From a virus, in IMG/VR virus record IMGVR_UViG_3300042311_000920, positions 1 through 64,000 of that record: DNA of 64,000 bases; one strand, written 5' to 3'. Shown here one piece after another: positions 10,123 through 19,131 of this stretch. Numbering within the stretch: the first letter of the stretch is position 1; each line of letters opens with the position of its first letter. Under the pieces are notes generated by a model. That model had not been told where the DNA came from, searched no databases, and saw only the letters and a program-made list of their open reading frames with translations. The translations under genes were made by a program, and so were the position numbers.

Positions 10123-10365
10123 ATGAAAACAAGATACCTCATTTTAGCATTTTTAGGCGTTTTAATAGCTTCTTATTTATTCCTTCGCATTATTTGTAAT
10201 TCTATAGAAATATATGAATTAAAACAAAAAATAGCACTAATTGAAAGAGTTGATTATTTGATGATTGAGGAGGGATATACTAGAGACGCGGCCGAGCACA
10301 TCGCAAAAGTAGAATTAAAAATAATTCCAGAGGATGCTGAGTATATAGCGTTAATGGAAGATTAA
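10123..10365 (+). CDS. Hypothetical membrane-anchored protein
   Basis: N-terminal hydrophobic helix. Confidence 0.55.
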   Translation: MKTRYLILAFLGVLIASYLFLRIICNSIEIYELKQKIALIERVDYLMIEEGYTRDAAEHIAKVELKIIPEDAEYIALMED

Positions 10366-10487
10366 AAAAAAGCCGTTCGCTAAAGGCGTGAAATTCGATT
10401 TTAAAACGGCACAAATTTTTTTATTATATTTACAAACATTATTCATTTTACGGACGAGCCGACCGAGACAAACGGGCAATTATTATC

Positions 10488-11129
10488 ATGGTTTACAATA
10501 TCAACAAAAAAGGGTACATTTTGAACAATCGCGGGCAAATTGAAACAATTAGTTACAGAGATTATTTGCAGGAATTTGGAAGCGACGAAACAACAACACC
10601 AAGAGGTGTTGCGCCTAGGTTATACGTTGCAGGAAATACGATAATGACATGGGGCGTTCGCGGAAATAACCATGCTTTTTATGCTAGTTTTGCAAACAAA
10701 AGAGAAGCAATAGCAAGTCTTTACGAAATTTGGGAAAGAAACATTGATCAAGAATGCAATGTGCGAAGATTTTACGGAACCAAGAAAGAAATGTTTCAAC
10801 ACCTTGCGGATGTTTACGAAAAAGAAACAGCAGTAATAAAACGATATTTTAGACTGCAAAAATTCAACCTTGAAAGAGCGCAACAAGCAAAAATAAAACA
10901 CGACAACCGCCCGAGCTTCACAAAGGAAATGATGATTAATTTTATTAATCAAAACAAGGAAATAGTACTTTCTTCACTTAAAGAATTAGACGAGCTAAAA
11001 CAAGCCGAAAACAAGGAAATTTGGCAAGTAAAAGCAAATTCGTTAATTCAGAAAGTCAGTAACAACGACTTTAGAGTTTTGAACTGGAAAGAAATTTATA
11101 GTTTAATTCGAGAAAGTGCAAATTTGTAA
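10488..11129 (+). CDS. Hypothetical protein
   Basis: 213-aa ORF. Confidence 0.65.
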   Translation: MVYNINKKGYILNNRGQIETISYRDYLQEFGSDETTTPRGVAPRLYVAGNTIMTWGVRGNNHAFYASFANKREAIASLYEIWERNIDQECNVRRFYGTKKEMFQHLADVYEKETAVIKRYFRLQKFNLERAQQAKIKHDNRPSFTKEMMINFINQNKEIVLSSLKELDELKQAENKEIWQVKANSLIQKVSNNDFRVLNWKEIYSLIRESANL

Positions 11130-11152
11130 GCAAATATTTTTTTTAATCACAT

Positions 11153-11179
11153 AAACCGCTAGAAATAGCGGTTTTTTTT
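11153..11179 (+). terminator. Intrinsic terminator
   Basis: AAACCGCTA-GAAA-TAGCGGTTT followed by a T-run. Confidence 0.8.
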
Positions 11180-11249
11180 GTTGCAAAATTTCAAAAAGAA
11201 ACAATGCCCAAAACGGGAATTCTATTTTAATCAATTATAAATTTTAAAA

Positions 11250-11525
11250 ATGAAAAACGCAGAATTAATGAATTTATCAATCGAAGAATTGAGAGATTTA
11301 AACACAAGACTTATTGAAGTCTTGAAACTTAAAAAACAAACTATTGCTTTTGTTAATAAGGAAACACTAACAAAAGGAATGATTGCTGAATATGTAGGAA
11401 CTTCTACTAATGTTCGGTATAAAGAGTTTGAGATTGTAAAAATCAATAGAACGAAAGCTGAGTGTAAGTGTGTGGTAACTGGTAAACTTTGGAATATCCA
11501 AATAGCAAACTTAAAACCATCATAG
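11250..11525 (+). CDS. Hypothetical protein
   Basis: 91-aa ORF. Confidence 0.55.
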   Translation: MKNAELMNLSIEELRDLNTRLIEVLKLKKQTIAFVNKETLTKGMIAEYVGTSTNVRYKEFEIVKINRTKAECKCVVTGKLWNIQIANLKPS

Positions 11526-11539
11526 TTAATTTTTATTTT

Positions 11540-11872
11540 ATGGACACAGCGACCAAACCCCAAGCCATTCAGTACAGTTTGGCTTTTTTTGACCCTCCAG
11601 ACGCTCCGGACCGTGATCAAATTTTAACAAGCAAAGCCAACGCATTGCTCGAAGCTCTCAACGACGGACTAAAAACGAAAGATCACTATTTACCACAATA
11701 CACTTATCAAGAAGGAAATTTTATTATGCTAATCGCTTGCAACAAAGAAAAAGATATTATGCATAATATTCTGGACGTGGACGGAAATACACCGCCCGGA
11801 ATGTCCGCTTGTTGGAGAAATGCGTCACAAATCAAGCAAGATTTAAAAGAATTACAAATGCTTAACACCTAA
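11540..11872 (+). CDS. Hypothetical protein
   Basis: ORF, start moved to the ATG at 11540. Confidence 0.5.
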   Translation: MDTATKPQAIQYSLAFFDPPDAPDRDQILTSKANALLEALNDGLKTKDHYLPQYTYQEGNFIMLIACNKEKDIMHNILDVDGNTPPGMSACWRNASQIKQDLKELQMLNT

Positions 11873-11974
11873 ACCATGAAACGAATCATTTTAGAAAAGC
11901 CGATTATCATCGAGGCACGTTACGAAACTTATTTTCAAATCAATTTTTATTTAAACTAATCATTTTTTACAATC

Positions 11975-12430
11975 ATGAAAAAACTTTTTTTATTACTGTT
12001 ATTGCCTACTTTGGCAATTTCTCAAAACGTTGGAATCGGAACGAAAAACCCAACGGCTAAACTAGAAGTTAATGGAAACGTAAAACTAAAAGCGTCAATA
12101 GGTACGGTAAACGATACTATTTTAGTTATTCGAAATGGCGAAATAATGAAAGTGCCTGCATCTTTTTATCAATACACACCGCCTACAAATTGCCCCTTAC
12201 TCGTTACGGGTCAAGGTCAAAGTAATGGTTACTATTTGAAATTTCAATCAAACGTCCCAATTGTTAACCCAAGCGCTACACTCGTAATTCAGGGCAAAAC
12301 TTTTCAAGCAGCGGGAACGTGGGTAAGTAGCAATACCTACTTCTACTCTTACACTAATACGAGTGGTTCTCCTTTAAATATTAACCAGCCTTTTACCGTT
12401 AATTTTACGGGGCAAATTTGTCAGTATTAA
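11975..12430 (+). CDS. Secreted protein with a Bacteroidota VGIGT-type motif
   Basis: Signal peptide, then QNVGIGTKNPTAKLEVNG. Its TAA is the TAAC at which cassette array 1 begins. Confidence 0.65.
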   Translation: MKKLFLLLLLPTLAISQNVGIGTKNPTAKLEVNGNVKLKASIGTVNDTILVIRNGEIMKVPASFYQYTPPTNCPLLVTGQGQSNGYYLKFQSNVPIVNPSATLVIQGKTFQAAGTWVSSNTYFYSYTNTSGSPLNINQPFTVNFTGQICQY

Positions 12431-12557
12431 CAGCAAAGTATATAAGCAGTAGCGGAGTGAGTAGCACAGCACGTAAGAGGGAAGGCTGGAATTTCAAATG
12501 TGCATTGTCATTTCGGTATAACCAAGCCCCGCCCGCTATTTCTTATATTTATTGTTA
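12428..12557 (+). repeat. att-like hairpin site 1
   Basis: TAAC..TATAAGCAGTAGCGG / CCGCTATTTCTTATA..TGTTA. Confidence 0.65.
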
Positions 12558-12645
12558 TAAAATCCTTTTAATGTTTTACAACGTTTGGTGCTTTCTGTCT
12601 GTAGCGGATTTCAGCACCAAGCCATTAAAACACAAAACCAAAATT

Positions 12646-12873
12646 ATGGAATCACTTGAAAAATTTATAGAAAAAAGAATGCAACAATCGGAATTTTCAG
12701 CAATGATGATCCCTAGATATTTAGAAAAGCCAAATGCTTTTTTAGGTTCAAAAAATTACACTTTGGAAAAAGCGGCAGAATTTAAAGCAGATGCTGAGAA
12801 ATGCAAAGCATTAATGATGTTTTTAAAAGAATATAATAAACTTTTGAAAACCAAGCGTAACAATGGAAACTAA
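12646..12873 (+). CDS. Cassette hypothetical protein
   Basis: MESLEKFIEK..., TAA overlaps the next TAAC. Confidence 0.55.
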   Translation: MESLEKFIEKRMQQSEFSAMMIPRYLEKPNAFLGSKNYTLEKAAEFKADAEKCKALMMFLKEYNKLLKTKRNNGN

Positions 12874-12986
12874 CGTTGAATTATTGTCGTCAGGTGGCGA
12901 CAAACACAAAACAAAATATAAAAATGAAAGTAATGACAAAACATTCAGAGAATACCCAAACCGCCACTTGCGACAATAATTTGTTA
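12871..12986 (+). repeat. att-like hairpin site
   Basis: TAAC GTTG AATTATTGTCGTCAGGTGGCG / CGCCACTTGCGACAATAATT TGTTA. Confidence 0.8.
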
Positions 12987-13256
12987 GTAGATTATCATCC
13001 TTTTGACCTTAAGCCTCAACATAGAGATTTAGGAGGAAAAATACCTTTTGTTCATAATAAGACAGGTTTTACAGAATTGTATCCAAAAGCTTATAGTTAT
13101 CCGGCCAAAAGATGCGAAAATTGCTTGTTTTATAGAGTAGAGAGAAGTACTACTCCTGTTGCTTACTATTGTCGAATTGGTATGTTTTCAAGTTATGTAC
13201 AGGCAACCGCAAAAAGAGATGAAGACAAACCAACTGAATGTCAGGTTTATTGGTAA
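12924..13256 (+). CDS. Cassette hypothetical protein (CxxC)
   Basis: ATG inside the hairpin; cassette ends GTTAGTAGAT / ATCTACTAAC. Confidence 0.55.
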   Translation: MKVMTKHSENTQTATCDNNLLVDYHPFDLKPQHRDLGGKIPFVHNKTGFTELYPKAYSYPAKRCENCLFYRVERSTTPVAYYCRIGMFSSYVQATAKRDEDKPTECQVYW

Positions 13257-13263
13257 TATCTAC

Positions 13264-13390
13264 TAACGGATTGCGGTTTTGTCTTGTTGCCGAAAATACA
13301 AGACCAATTTTAATTTAAAAAACTATGAATACAAGTACAAAAAATTCATCAAATGAAGCCGAAAATGGCAATAAGTCAAAACCGCTGTTA
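13264..13390 (+). repeat. att-like hairpin site
   Basis: TAAC GGATT GCGGTTTTGTCTTGTTGCC / GGCAATAAGTCAAAACCGC T GTTA. Confidence 0.85.
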
Positions 13391-13558
13391 TATGATGGCA
13401 TTTTCGTAGGGCAGAAAGTTATTGATGAAGATTGCGATAAAGGAACGATAACAGAAATAGAAAATATCTACAATGTTTATGTAAAATATGATAATGGCGG
13501 AAGTGGTATTTCTTGTTTAAATGGTTGTTGCAACGACAGGTTGTATGCTATCATATAA
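13325..13558 (+). CDS. Cassette hypothetical protein
   Basis: ATG inside the hairpin; cassette ends GTTATATGATGGCAT / ATGCTATCATATAAC. Confidence 0.55.
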   Translation: MNTSTKNSSNEAENGNKSKPLLYDGIFVGQKVIDEDCDKGTITEIENIYNVYVKYDNGGSGISCLNGCCNDRLYAII

Positions 13559-13643
13559 CGTTTTCGGGCTTGGCGAAGTGCCGCTAACCGAAACTTAATT
13601 TTTAGCACTAACTGTCCTGCGGCATTTTGCCAAACCCGTGTTA
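13556..13643 (+). repeat. att-like hairpin site
   Basis: TAAC GTTTT CGGGCTTGGCGAAGTGCCGC / GCGGCATTTTGCCAAACCCG T GTTA. Confidence 0.85.
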
Positions 13644-13694
13644 TGGGATAGTTTTAAAAACCTTTTAGGGTGGGCATTTAAAAACAAAATTAAA

Positions 13695-14090
13695 ATGGGA
13701 ATGTACACAGAATTAATTTTTGGTGCTGAATTAAAAAAAGACACACCAAACCAAGTAATTGAAGCCTTGAAATATATGATAGGTGAAACAAAAGAAAAGC
13801 CAAGTGATTTCCCGTTACCTGATGGAAGATGTGAATGGTTATTTCAAGGCGGTAGCTATTACTTCGCTATCAATAATTCAGTAACAAAAATGTGGCTTGA
13901 TGATATTGATAAGCAATGGCATATTAGCACACGTTCAAATATTAAGAATTACGAAAGTGAAATTGAAACATTTTTAGACTGGATAAAGCCATACATTGAC
14001 GGTGGTTCTGGTGGTAGAGATTTATATGCCATTACCATTTATGAAGAACAAGACACACCAACTCTTTATTATTTGCACGATGCTGATTAG
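13695..14090 (+). CDS. Cassette hypothetical protein
   Basis: MGMYTELIFG..., flanked by a terminal inverted repeat of about 26 bp. Confidence 0.65.
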   Translation: MGMYTELIFGAELKKDTPNQVIEALKYMIGETKEKPSDFPLPDGRCEWLFQGGSYYFAINNSVTKMWLDDIDKQWHISTRSNIKNYESEIETFLDWIKPYIDGGSGGRDLYAITIYEEQDTPTLYYLHDAD

Positions 14091-14126
14091 TACGGTGCGG
14101 TGGGAAAAGGTTTTTAAAATTTCCCA

Positions 14127-14194
14127 TAACGTTTTGCAGATACACGCTGTGAGCGTTGAATTGAGGGAGGGGAAATAGCGTGTATCTGCTGTTA
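14127..14194 (+). repeat. att-like hairpin site
   Basis: TAAC GTTTT GCAGATACACGCT / AGCGTGTATCTGC T GTTA. Confidence 0.85.
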
Positions 14195-14234
14195 TGCCTT
14201 CGTTGCGGATTATTAACTTAAAAACTAAAATATA

Positions 14235-14561
14235 ATGGATAAATTTCCAAAATTCATCATAGAAGATGATAAATTAATACTAATGAAAGTAACATATCAT
14301 AAAGAGATTGCTACTGATTTAACTAAAGTAAAAGGCGGTGGTTGGTTTAAATATTTGCAACATACCGATATGTTTGTTTTTAGCGGAGAAAGCCACGATT
14401 TTGGCAAAGCTAAATTTGAAGATATAAAACAATGTGTTGCAAATTGCCAAGTATATTCAGATAACCGCCTTTACCGAAATATCAGTAATAATCACAATTT
14501 TGGATATGATACAGGAACAGAAATTATCGAATTGAAAACGGAATGTAGCAATGAGGCATAA
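14235..14561 (+). CDS. Cassette hypothetical protein
   Basis: Cassette ends GTTATGCCT / AGGCATAAC. Confidence 0.65.
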   Translation: MDKFPKFIIEDDKLILMKVTYHKEIATDLTKVKGGGWFKYLQHTDMFVFSGESHDFGKAKFEDIKQCVANCQVYSDNRLYRNISNNHNFGYDTGTEIIELKTECSNEA

Positions 14562-14686
14562 CGTTTTGCAGCTATATGTCTGTTGCCAAAAGTAAAAAAC
14601 AATGCTTCGATTAAGCACAAATAATCACAAGTACAAAACAAATTATAAATCAAGCCGAATGTGGCAATAAGTCAAAACCGCTGTTA
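14559..14686 (+). repeat. att-like hairpin site with mismatched (chimeric) arms
   Basis: Left arm GCAGCTATATGTCTGTTGCC, right arm GGCAATAAGTCAAAACCGC. Confidence 0.7.
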
Positions 14687-14700
14687 TAAGTAGTACGGAT

Positions 14701-14841
14701 ATGAAAATCACAAAAGAATTTTTAGAAAAAATAAAAAAAGAAAACAATATATTGATATTTAAACTAGCGTCGATTGAGGGTAAAATACCAAAAGAAATAC
14801 AAGACACATTACCTAAAGAAGTAATTACAAACAGATTGTAG
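14701..14841 (+). CDS. Cassette small protein (46 aa)
   Basis: MKITKEFLEKIKKENNILIF... fills the unit GTTATAAGTAGTAC / GTATTACTTATAAC. Confidence 0.5.
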   Translation: MKITKEFLEKIKKENNILIFKLASIEGKIPKEIQDTLPKEVITNRL

Positions 14842-14850
14842 TATTACTTA

Positions 14851-14942
14851 TAACGTTTTGCAGGTAGGCGATAGTGCCGCTTACCACAAACTTTAAATCA
14901 AAGCACTCAGGCTCATAGCGGCATTTTGCCTACCTGCTGTTA
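14851..14942 (+). repeat. att-like hairpin site
   Basis: TAAC GTTTT GCAGGTAGGCGATAGTGCCGCT / AGCGGCATTTTGCCTACCTGC T GTTA. Confidence 0.85.
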
Positions 14943-14996
14943 GGTGTCTGTAAAAAATAAATTTAGCGTGGGCTTAAACTTTAAATAACAAACAAA

Positions 14997-15482
14997 ATGG
15001 AATTACAAGAATTAATTGAAAAGAACAAACTGCAATTACGCACACAAGAAGATATTTCTGCAAAGTTTGACGAATTGCAAAATTCAGGTGGCTTTATGGA
15101 TTTTCGACCAGAAGTATTGATTAACTTTTTATCATTTGAAAACGCAAAGCCACATTTGAAAGAAGACTACGTGAAAGAAGTTGAAGCAGGAACAAAGCAA
15201 TGGGAGCAACATACTACGGTTGAAAAGGCTGCCGAAGAGTTTTTGGACTATATGAAATTTGCTTGGGGTAAAGCCGAAGATGAACGTGGAATTTCAGCAA
15301 GCCGTTCAGTTCAAAAACTAGGAATGTGGCTTTGGATTATGAACCGAGATGATTTGCGTAGAGTTATTGAGGATGATGATTTGTACAATCCTTATGGCGC
15401 ACCTGCTTTAATTGAAGTTTGCAATCAAATGGGTATAAAAGTTCCAAACTCATTAATCGAATTTGCTAAGATAAAATGCTAA
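14997..15482 (+). CDS. Cassette hypothetical protein
   Basis: 161 aa; cassette ends GTTAGGTG / CACCTAAC. Confidence 0.65.
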   Translation: MELQELIEKNKLQLRTQEDISAKFDELQNSGGFMDFRPEVLINFLSFENAKPHLKEDYVKEVEAGTKQWEQHTTVEKAAEEFLDYMKFAWGKAEDERGISASRSVQKLGMWLWIMNRDDLRRVIEDDDLYNPYGAPALIEVCNQMGIKVPNSLIEFAKIKC

Positions 15483-15522
15483 TTATGTTGGGTGCGGTGG
15501 GAAATTTATTTTTTATTGCACC

Positions 15523-15649
15523 TAACATTCTCGTGGCTTTGTCTTGTTGCCGAAAATACAAGACCAACTTTAAATTTATCACTATGAAAAATGACACAAA
15601 ACCAGCATTACCCGAAGCCGAAAACGGCAATAAGTCAAAACCACTGTTA
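15523..15649 (+). repeat. att-like hairpin site (same family as 13264)
   Basis: GTGGCTTTGTCTTGTTGCCG / CGGCAATAAGTCAAAACCAC T GTTA. Confidence 0.85.
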
Positions 15650-16021
15650 CAAGCAGTGTTTTTCGCTCCTTATTTGCCTTATTCGGTAAAAATAGCTTAT
15701 GATTATTTTGGAGATACACAAGAAATAGCAACATTAATAGGTGTTGAAGATAGAAATGGAGAAACTAGATTGCAAATTAATACTGGCGGAAGTGCTTTGT
15801 TAAAATATTGCAAACTTGTTTTAAAACCTTTTTCAGATTATACTGAAATATTAGAAATAACAGATGAAATGAATGATTATGAAATCCAAATGATTGAAGA
15901 TAATCCTGATTTAATAAAACGACTACCTTATGATGTGGTTGAAAAAATGTTTAAAAATCACATTGATGTTTTCGGACTTATTAATTTCGGTTTAGCCGTT
16001 TCAATTCACGATGTTGTGTAA
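15584..16021 (+). CDS. Cassette hypothetical phage protein
   Basis: ATG inside the hairpin; cassette ends GTTACAAGCAGTGTT / AACATTGCTTGTAAC. Confidence 0.6.
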   Translation: MKNDTKPALPEAENGNKSKPLLQAVFFAPYLPYSVKIAYDYFGDTQEIATLIGVEDRNGETRLQINTGGSALLKYCKLVLKPFSDYTEILEITDEMNDYEIQMIEDNPDLIKRLPYDVVEKMFKNHIDVFGLINFGLAVSIHDVV

Positions 16022-16030
16022 CATTGCTTG

Positions 16031-16159
16031 TAACGTTCCGCAACTACACGTCTGTTGCGTAAAAGTACAAAATTACCTTTCAGTTTAACACGGAATTGAA
16101 AGGTACAAAAACATCACTAAATTAATCACAAATCTAGCAATAGCGTGTAATTGCTGTTA
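16031..16159 (+). repeat. att-like hairpin site
   Basis: GCAACTACACGTCTGTTGC / GCAATAGCGTGTAATTGC T GTTA. Confidence 0.8.
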
Positions 16160-16174
16160 TCAAATCGGTTTATT

Positions 16175-16501
16175 ATGAAAAGATTACCTGTTATACACGA
16201 TGTAAAAGTTTGGAGTAGATTTTGGCAAAATCTAACTATCGAAGAAAAAAACTTTGAATTAAGAAAATTAGATAGAGATTATCAAGTAAATGATTATTTA
16301 CGATTGAATTTCTATTCAGAAGATTTAAAAGAAATTATAGAAACTGAAAAGCCTAAAATTGCTAAAATTCAATACATTTTAAAAGATGCTGAAATGTTTG
16401 GATTGCAAAAAGATTACGGAATATTATCCTTAAAATATTATAGTTCTTTTTCTTTTCAAGAAAGGGTAGAGTTTTTGAAAACGCAAACCCAAACTGTTTG
16501 A
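16175..16501 (+). CDS. Cassette DUF3850/ASCH-like protein
   Basis: HDVK...KNFELRKLDRDYQVNDYLRL motif. Confidence 0.7.
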   Translation: MKRLPVIHDVKVWSRFWQNLTIEEKNFELRKLDRDYQVNDYLRLNFYSEDLKEIIETEKPKIAKIQYILKDAEMFGLQKDYGILSLKYYSSFSFQERVEFLKTQTQTV

Positions 16502-16627
16502 TAACGGCTACGCATATACGCAGTAGCGGATTTAAAACACAAAAGTTTAATTAACAAATAAAAGTAAAATAGAATGAAAAAGTTTAAAATTAGCACAGTA
16601 GCCGCTATTGCCGTATATGCGATGTTA
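16502..16627 (+). repeat. att-like hairpin site
   Basis: CGCATATACGCAGTAGCGG / CCGCTATTGCCGTATATGCG AT GTTA. Confidence 0.85.
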
Positions 16628-16915
16628 GCGGTTGTTTTTACTTCTTGTGATGATGCAGGGGTAACTTCAAAAAGATTAAATGGCGATGAACAAAATTTGC
16701 CTGATGAACTGAAAGGACTAAAAATTTATTCAGTTTCGACAGGTAATGGGAATTATGTAAAAGTTGCCGTTTTAGACGGTAAGATAAACTCAACAACTTA
16801 CCAAGTAGGTAAAGTTCAAGAATCGACAGTAATAGTAAATAAACAAAACGGCAAACTTATAGAGGTTAGCCAAATTTTGGTTGAAAACGACAGCGTGATT
16901 GTCTGCCGAAAATAA
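16574..16915 (+). CDS. Cassette lipoprotein
   Basis: MKKFKISTVAAIAVYAMLAVVFTSC lipoprotein signal. Confidence 0.65.
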   Translation: MKKFKISTVAAIAVYAMLAVVFTSCDDAGVTSKRLNGDEQNLPDELKGLKIYSVSTGNGNYVKVAVLDGKINSTTYQVGKVQESTVIVNKQNGKLIEVSQILVENDSVIVCRK

Positions 16916-16919
16916 CCGC

Positions 16920-17038
16920 TAACGGTTCTCGGCTTTGTCGTCGTTGCGACTTATGAAAACTAATATTAATATTTTAAACTAAACGAAATGAAAAACGATA
17001 ATTCAACTAAACAAAGCAATGCGTCAAAACCGATGTTA
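16920..17038 (+). repeat. att-like hairpin site
   Basis: TCGGCTTTGTCGTCGTTGC / GCAATGCGTCAAAACCGA T GTTA. Confidence 0.8.
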
Positions 17039-17272
17039 GCGGAAGGCTGGATTTCTGTTAACGATAGAAGACCAAATGAAAATCAAACAGTATGGTGTTA
17101 TTCAGAAAACACATTTAACATATTTGTAGGAGTTTATATTTACCTTACAAATGAAGGTTGGTTTTGGGCTTCAAGTAACGGTTGCTTTTATATTGAAGAG
17201 GGAAAAATAATAACAGAATGTGAGATTGATGATTTTGATGTTACACATTGGTTTCCCGCTCCAGTTCTGTAG
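16988..17272 (+). CDS. Cassette DUF551-like protein
   Basis: WISVNDRRP...VTHW motif; ATG inside the hairpin. Confidence 0.7.
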   Translation: MKNDNSTKQSNASKPMLAEGWISVNDRRPNENQTVWCYSENTFNIFVGVYIYLTNEGWFWASSNGCFYIEEGKIITECEIDDFDVTHWFPAPVL

Positions 17273-17280
17273 CTTTCCGC

Positions 17281-17407
17281 TAACGTTTCTCGGCTTTGCT
17301 TTGTTGCGGAAAAGTAAGCCAAAACTTTAGATTTAAAAACAAAATTAACAAATACAAACCAAACATTCAGTTAAGCCTAAAACCGCAATAGAGCAAAACC
17401 GATGTTA
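17281..17407 (+). repeat. att-like hairpin site
   Basis: TCGGCTTTGCTTTGTTGCGG / CCGCAATAGAGCAAAACCGA T GTTA. Confidence 0.85.
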
Positions 17408-17499
17408 TAAGTAGCTTTTATTATGGATGAAATAATTTTATGTTTAGGAATGATTGTTGGATTAATATTATTTATAATTAGTATAAAACAAGAGTAAAA

Positions 17500-17772
17500 A
17501 TGGAAAGTAAAATAGAATATTTTAATAGATACAGTGATACGCATTTGCCTGATAAAATGAATAGATGGGCAAGAATAGCTGTATTTAAAAACATTAGAAT
17601 TGCTTGGATAAGTAAACATAAGATTAAAGAGCAAGATACATTTTGTGTAACGTGCCATTTTCCAACTATGCAAAATGATACAGCAAACGAAAGTAAAGTT
17701 TTCTTTAGTTTAGAAGATGCAAAAGATTTTGTTTCTGAAAGATGGAATTTTTTTTTAACCGCAGTTTCTTAA
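17500..17772 (+). CDS. Cassette hypothetical protein
   Basis: 90 aa, preceded in the same unit by a 24-codon hydrophobic ORF at 17423-17497. Confidence 0.6.
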   Translation: MESKIEYFNRYSDTHLPDKMNRWARIAVFKNIRIAWISKHKIKEQDTFCVTCHFPTMQNDTANESKVFFSLEDAKDFVSERWNFFLTAVS

Positions 17773-17781
17773 AGTTACTTA

Positions 17782-17854
17782 TAACGTTCCCACGATAGGG
17801 GCTGTTTGCCTATTTACAAAGTTGCTTTCGGCAAATAGCACTTATCGTGTGTTG
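17782..17854 (+). repeat. att-like hairpin site
   Basis: CACGATAGGGGCTGTTTGCC / GGCAAATAGCACTTATCGTG T GTTG. Confidence 0.85.
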
Positions 17855-17903
17855 TGCGATGGTGCTTTTAAATACAAATATTAACCAATTAAATTACAAT
17901 AAA

Positions 17904-18119
17904 ATGTCAAAACGAAAATACTCAAAAATGTCGGACAAAGTTGAAATAACACATTATGAATGTACTAATAGAAAGTGCAAGTGGCAAGGAACTAATAAAC
18001 AAAAAGGAACTCAATATTTAGATAATGGATTTACGGAATTGATTTGCCCTAAATGCTGTAATAATGAATTTTACGGATTACTTCCGTCTTATGTAGATTC
18101 TATTTCTGCGGTTTCGTAG
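17904..18119 (+). CDS. Cassette zinc-ribbon-like protein
   Basis: CxxxxC...CPKC; cassette ends GTTGTGCGA / TCGCACAAC. Confidence 0.55.
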   Translation: MSKRKYSKMSDKVEITHYECTNRKCKWQGTNKQKGTQYLDNGFTELICPKCCNNEFYGLLPSYVDSISAVS

Positions 18120-18128
18120 CATCTCGCA

Positions 18129-18254
18129 CAACGTATCGGTGCTATACGATGTGGCGGATTTTCGGCAGAAAGCCCAATACGAAGCACCACAGTTGAATTA
18201 AATAAAAATGTTTAATCGAAGCACGTCAGCCGCCATATTGTATAGCACTTGTTA
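18129..18254 (+). repeat. att-like hairpin site
   Basis: CAAC GTATC GGTGCTATACGATGTGGCGG / CCGCCATATTGTATAGCACT T GTTA. Confidence 0.85.
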
Positions 18255-18285
18255 GCGGATGCCGTTTCTTCACAACAATTTTAAA

Positions 18286-18522
18286 ATGGAATATAAAGCA
18301 CAAGAACTCAAAAAAGATTTAATAACAAAGCGTTGCATTGATAACGATATGACAATGGATGAAGCCTGTAAAGAAATAGGAATTTCAAAAGCCACTTTGT
18401 CAAGGTTGGAAAAGTCTAAACTGCCAGATGTTGAAACATTAGGTAAGGTTTGCACTTGGTTAGGAACTGAACCAAATAAATACTTTGTCATTATTCGTAA
18501 GCGTCAAGACGGTTTCCGCTAA
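18286..18522 (+). CDS. Cassette XRE-family HTH regulator
   Basis: TMDEACKEIGISKATLSRLEK...PDVETL. Confidence 0.8.
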   Translation: MEYKAQELKKDLITKRCIDNDMTMDEACKEIGISKATLSRLEKSKLPDVETLGKVCTWLGTEPNKYFVIIRKRQDGFR

Positions 18523-18644
18523 CCGTTCGGGGCTTGTAGCAGTAGGGGATTAGAAGCACTACTGTTCAACCTACCACAAAAGCTGATTAGAAGTACACAG
18601 CTTAATTAAAGCACTTCTGCCCCTATTGCTACAAACCCTTGTTA
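18520..18644 (+). repeat. att-like hairpin site
   Basis: GGGCTTGTAGCAGTAGGGG / CCCCTATTGCTACAAACCC TT GTTA. Confidence 0.85.
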
Positions 18645-18694
18645 GCAGAAGTGGCGGTTAATTTACAAGGGTGTCAATTTTAAAACGTAAAAAA

Positions 18695-18997
18695 ATGATT
18701 AAAAATTCAGAACAACCAATCAGTCCAATGCCTTACCAAAATCAAGATGGCTCTATTCAACACGATGTTTATTTTGGATTAACTAAAAGAGAACATATTG
18801 CTATTGAAGCAATGAAGGGCTTTTTAGCAAACCCATCTGAAACAGAAGTAAGTTCAACTTATGTATTGGAAGCAATCGGGTTGCCAAAAGAAACTAAGTA
18901 TTCATTTGATGAGCATTACACAAAGTATGTTTCACAAATAGCAGTCAAATATGCCGATGCCTTATTAAAGGAATTGTCAATCGGAGACGGTCGGTAG
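18695..18997 (+). CDS. Cassette hypothetical phage protein
   Basis: GLTKREHIAIEAMKG...AVKYADALLKEL, a motif common in phage proteins. Confidence 0.65.
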   Translation: MIKNSEQPISPMPYQNQDGSIQHDVYFGLTKREHIAIEAMKGFLANPSETEVSSTYVLEAIGLPKETKYSFDEHYTKYVSQIAVKYADALLKELSIGDGR

Positions 18998-19007
18998 CCA
19001 TTTCTGC

Positions 19008-19131
19008 TAACGGCTACGGCTATGTGCAGTAGCGGATTTAAAACACTAAACTTTAAATATAGAACGAATGATGATAGTAGAACAAATTTTGAATAACGCA
19101 CCGAACCCGCTATTGCATATAGCCGATGTTA
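19008..19131 (+). repeat. att-like hairpin site
   Basis: CGGCTATGTGCAGTAGCGG / CCGCTATTGCATATAGCCG AT GTTA. Confidence 0.85.
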
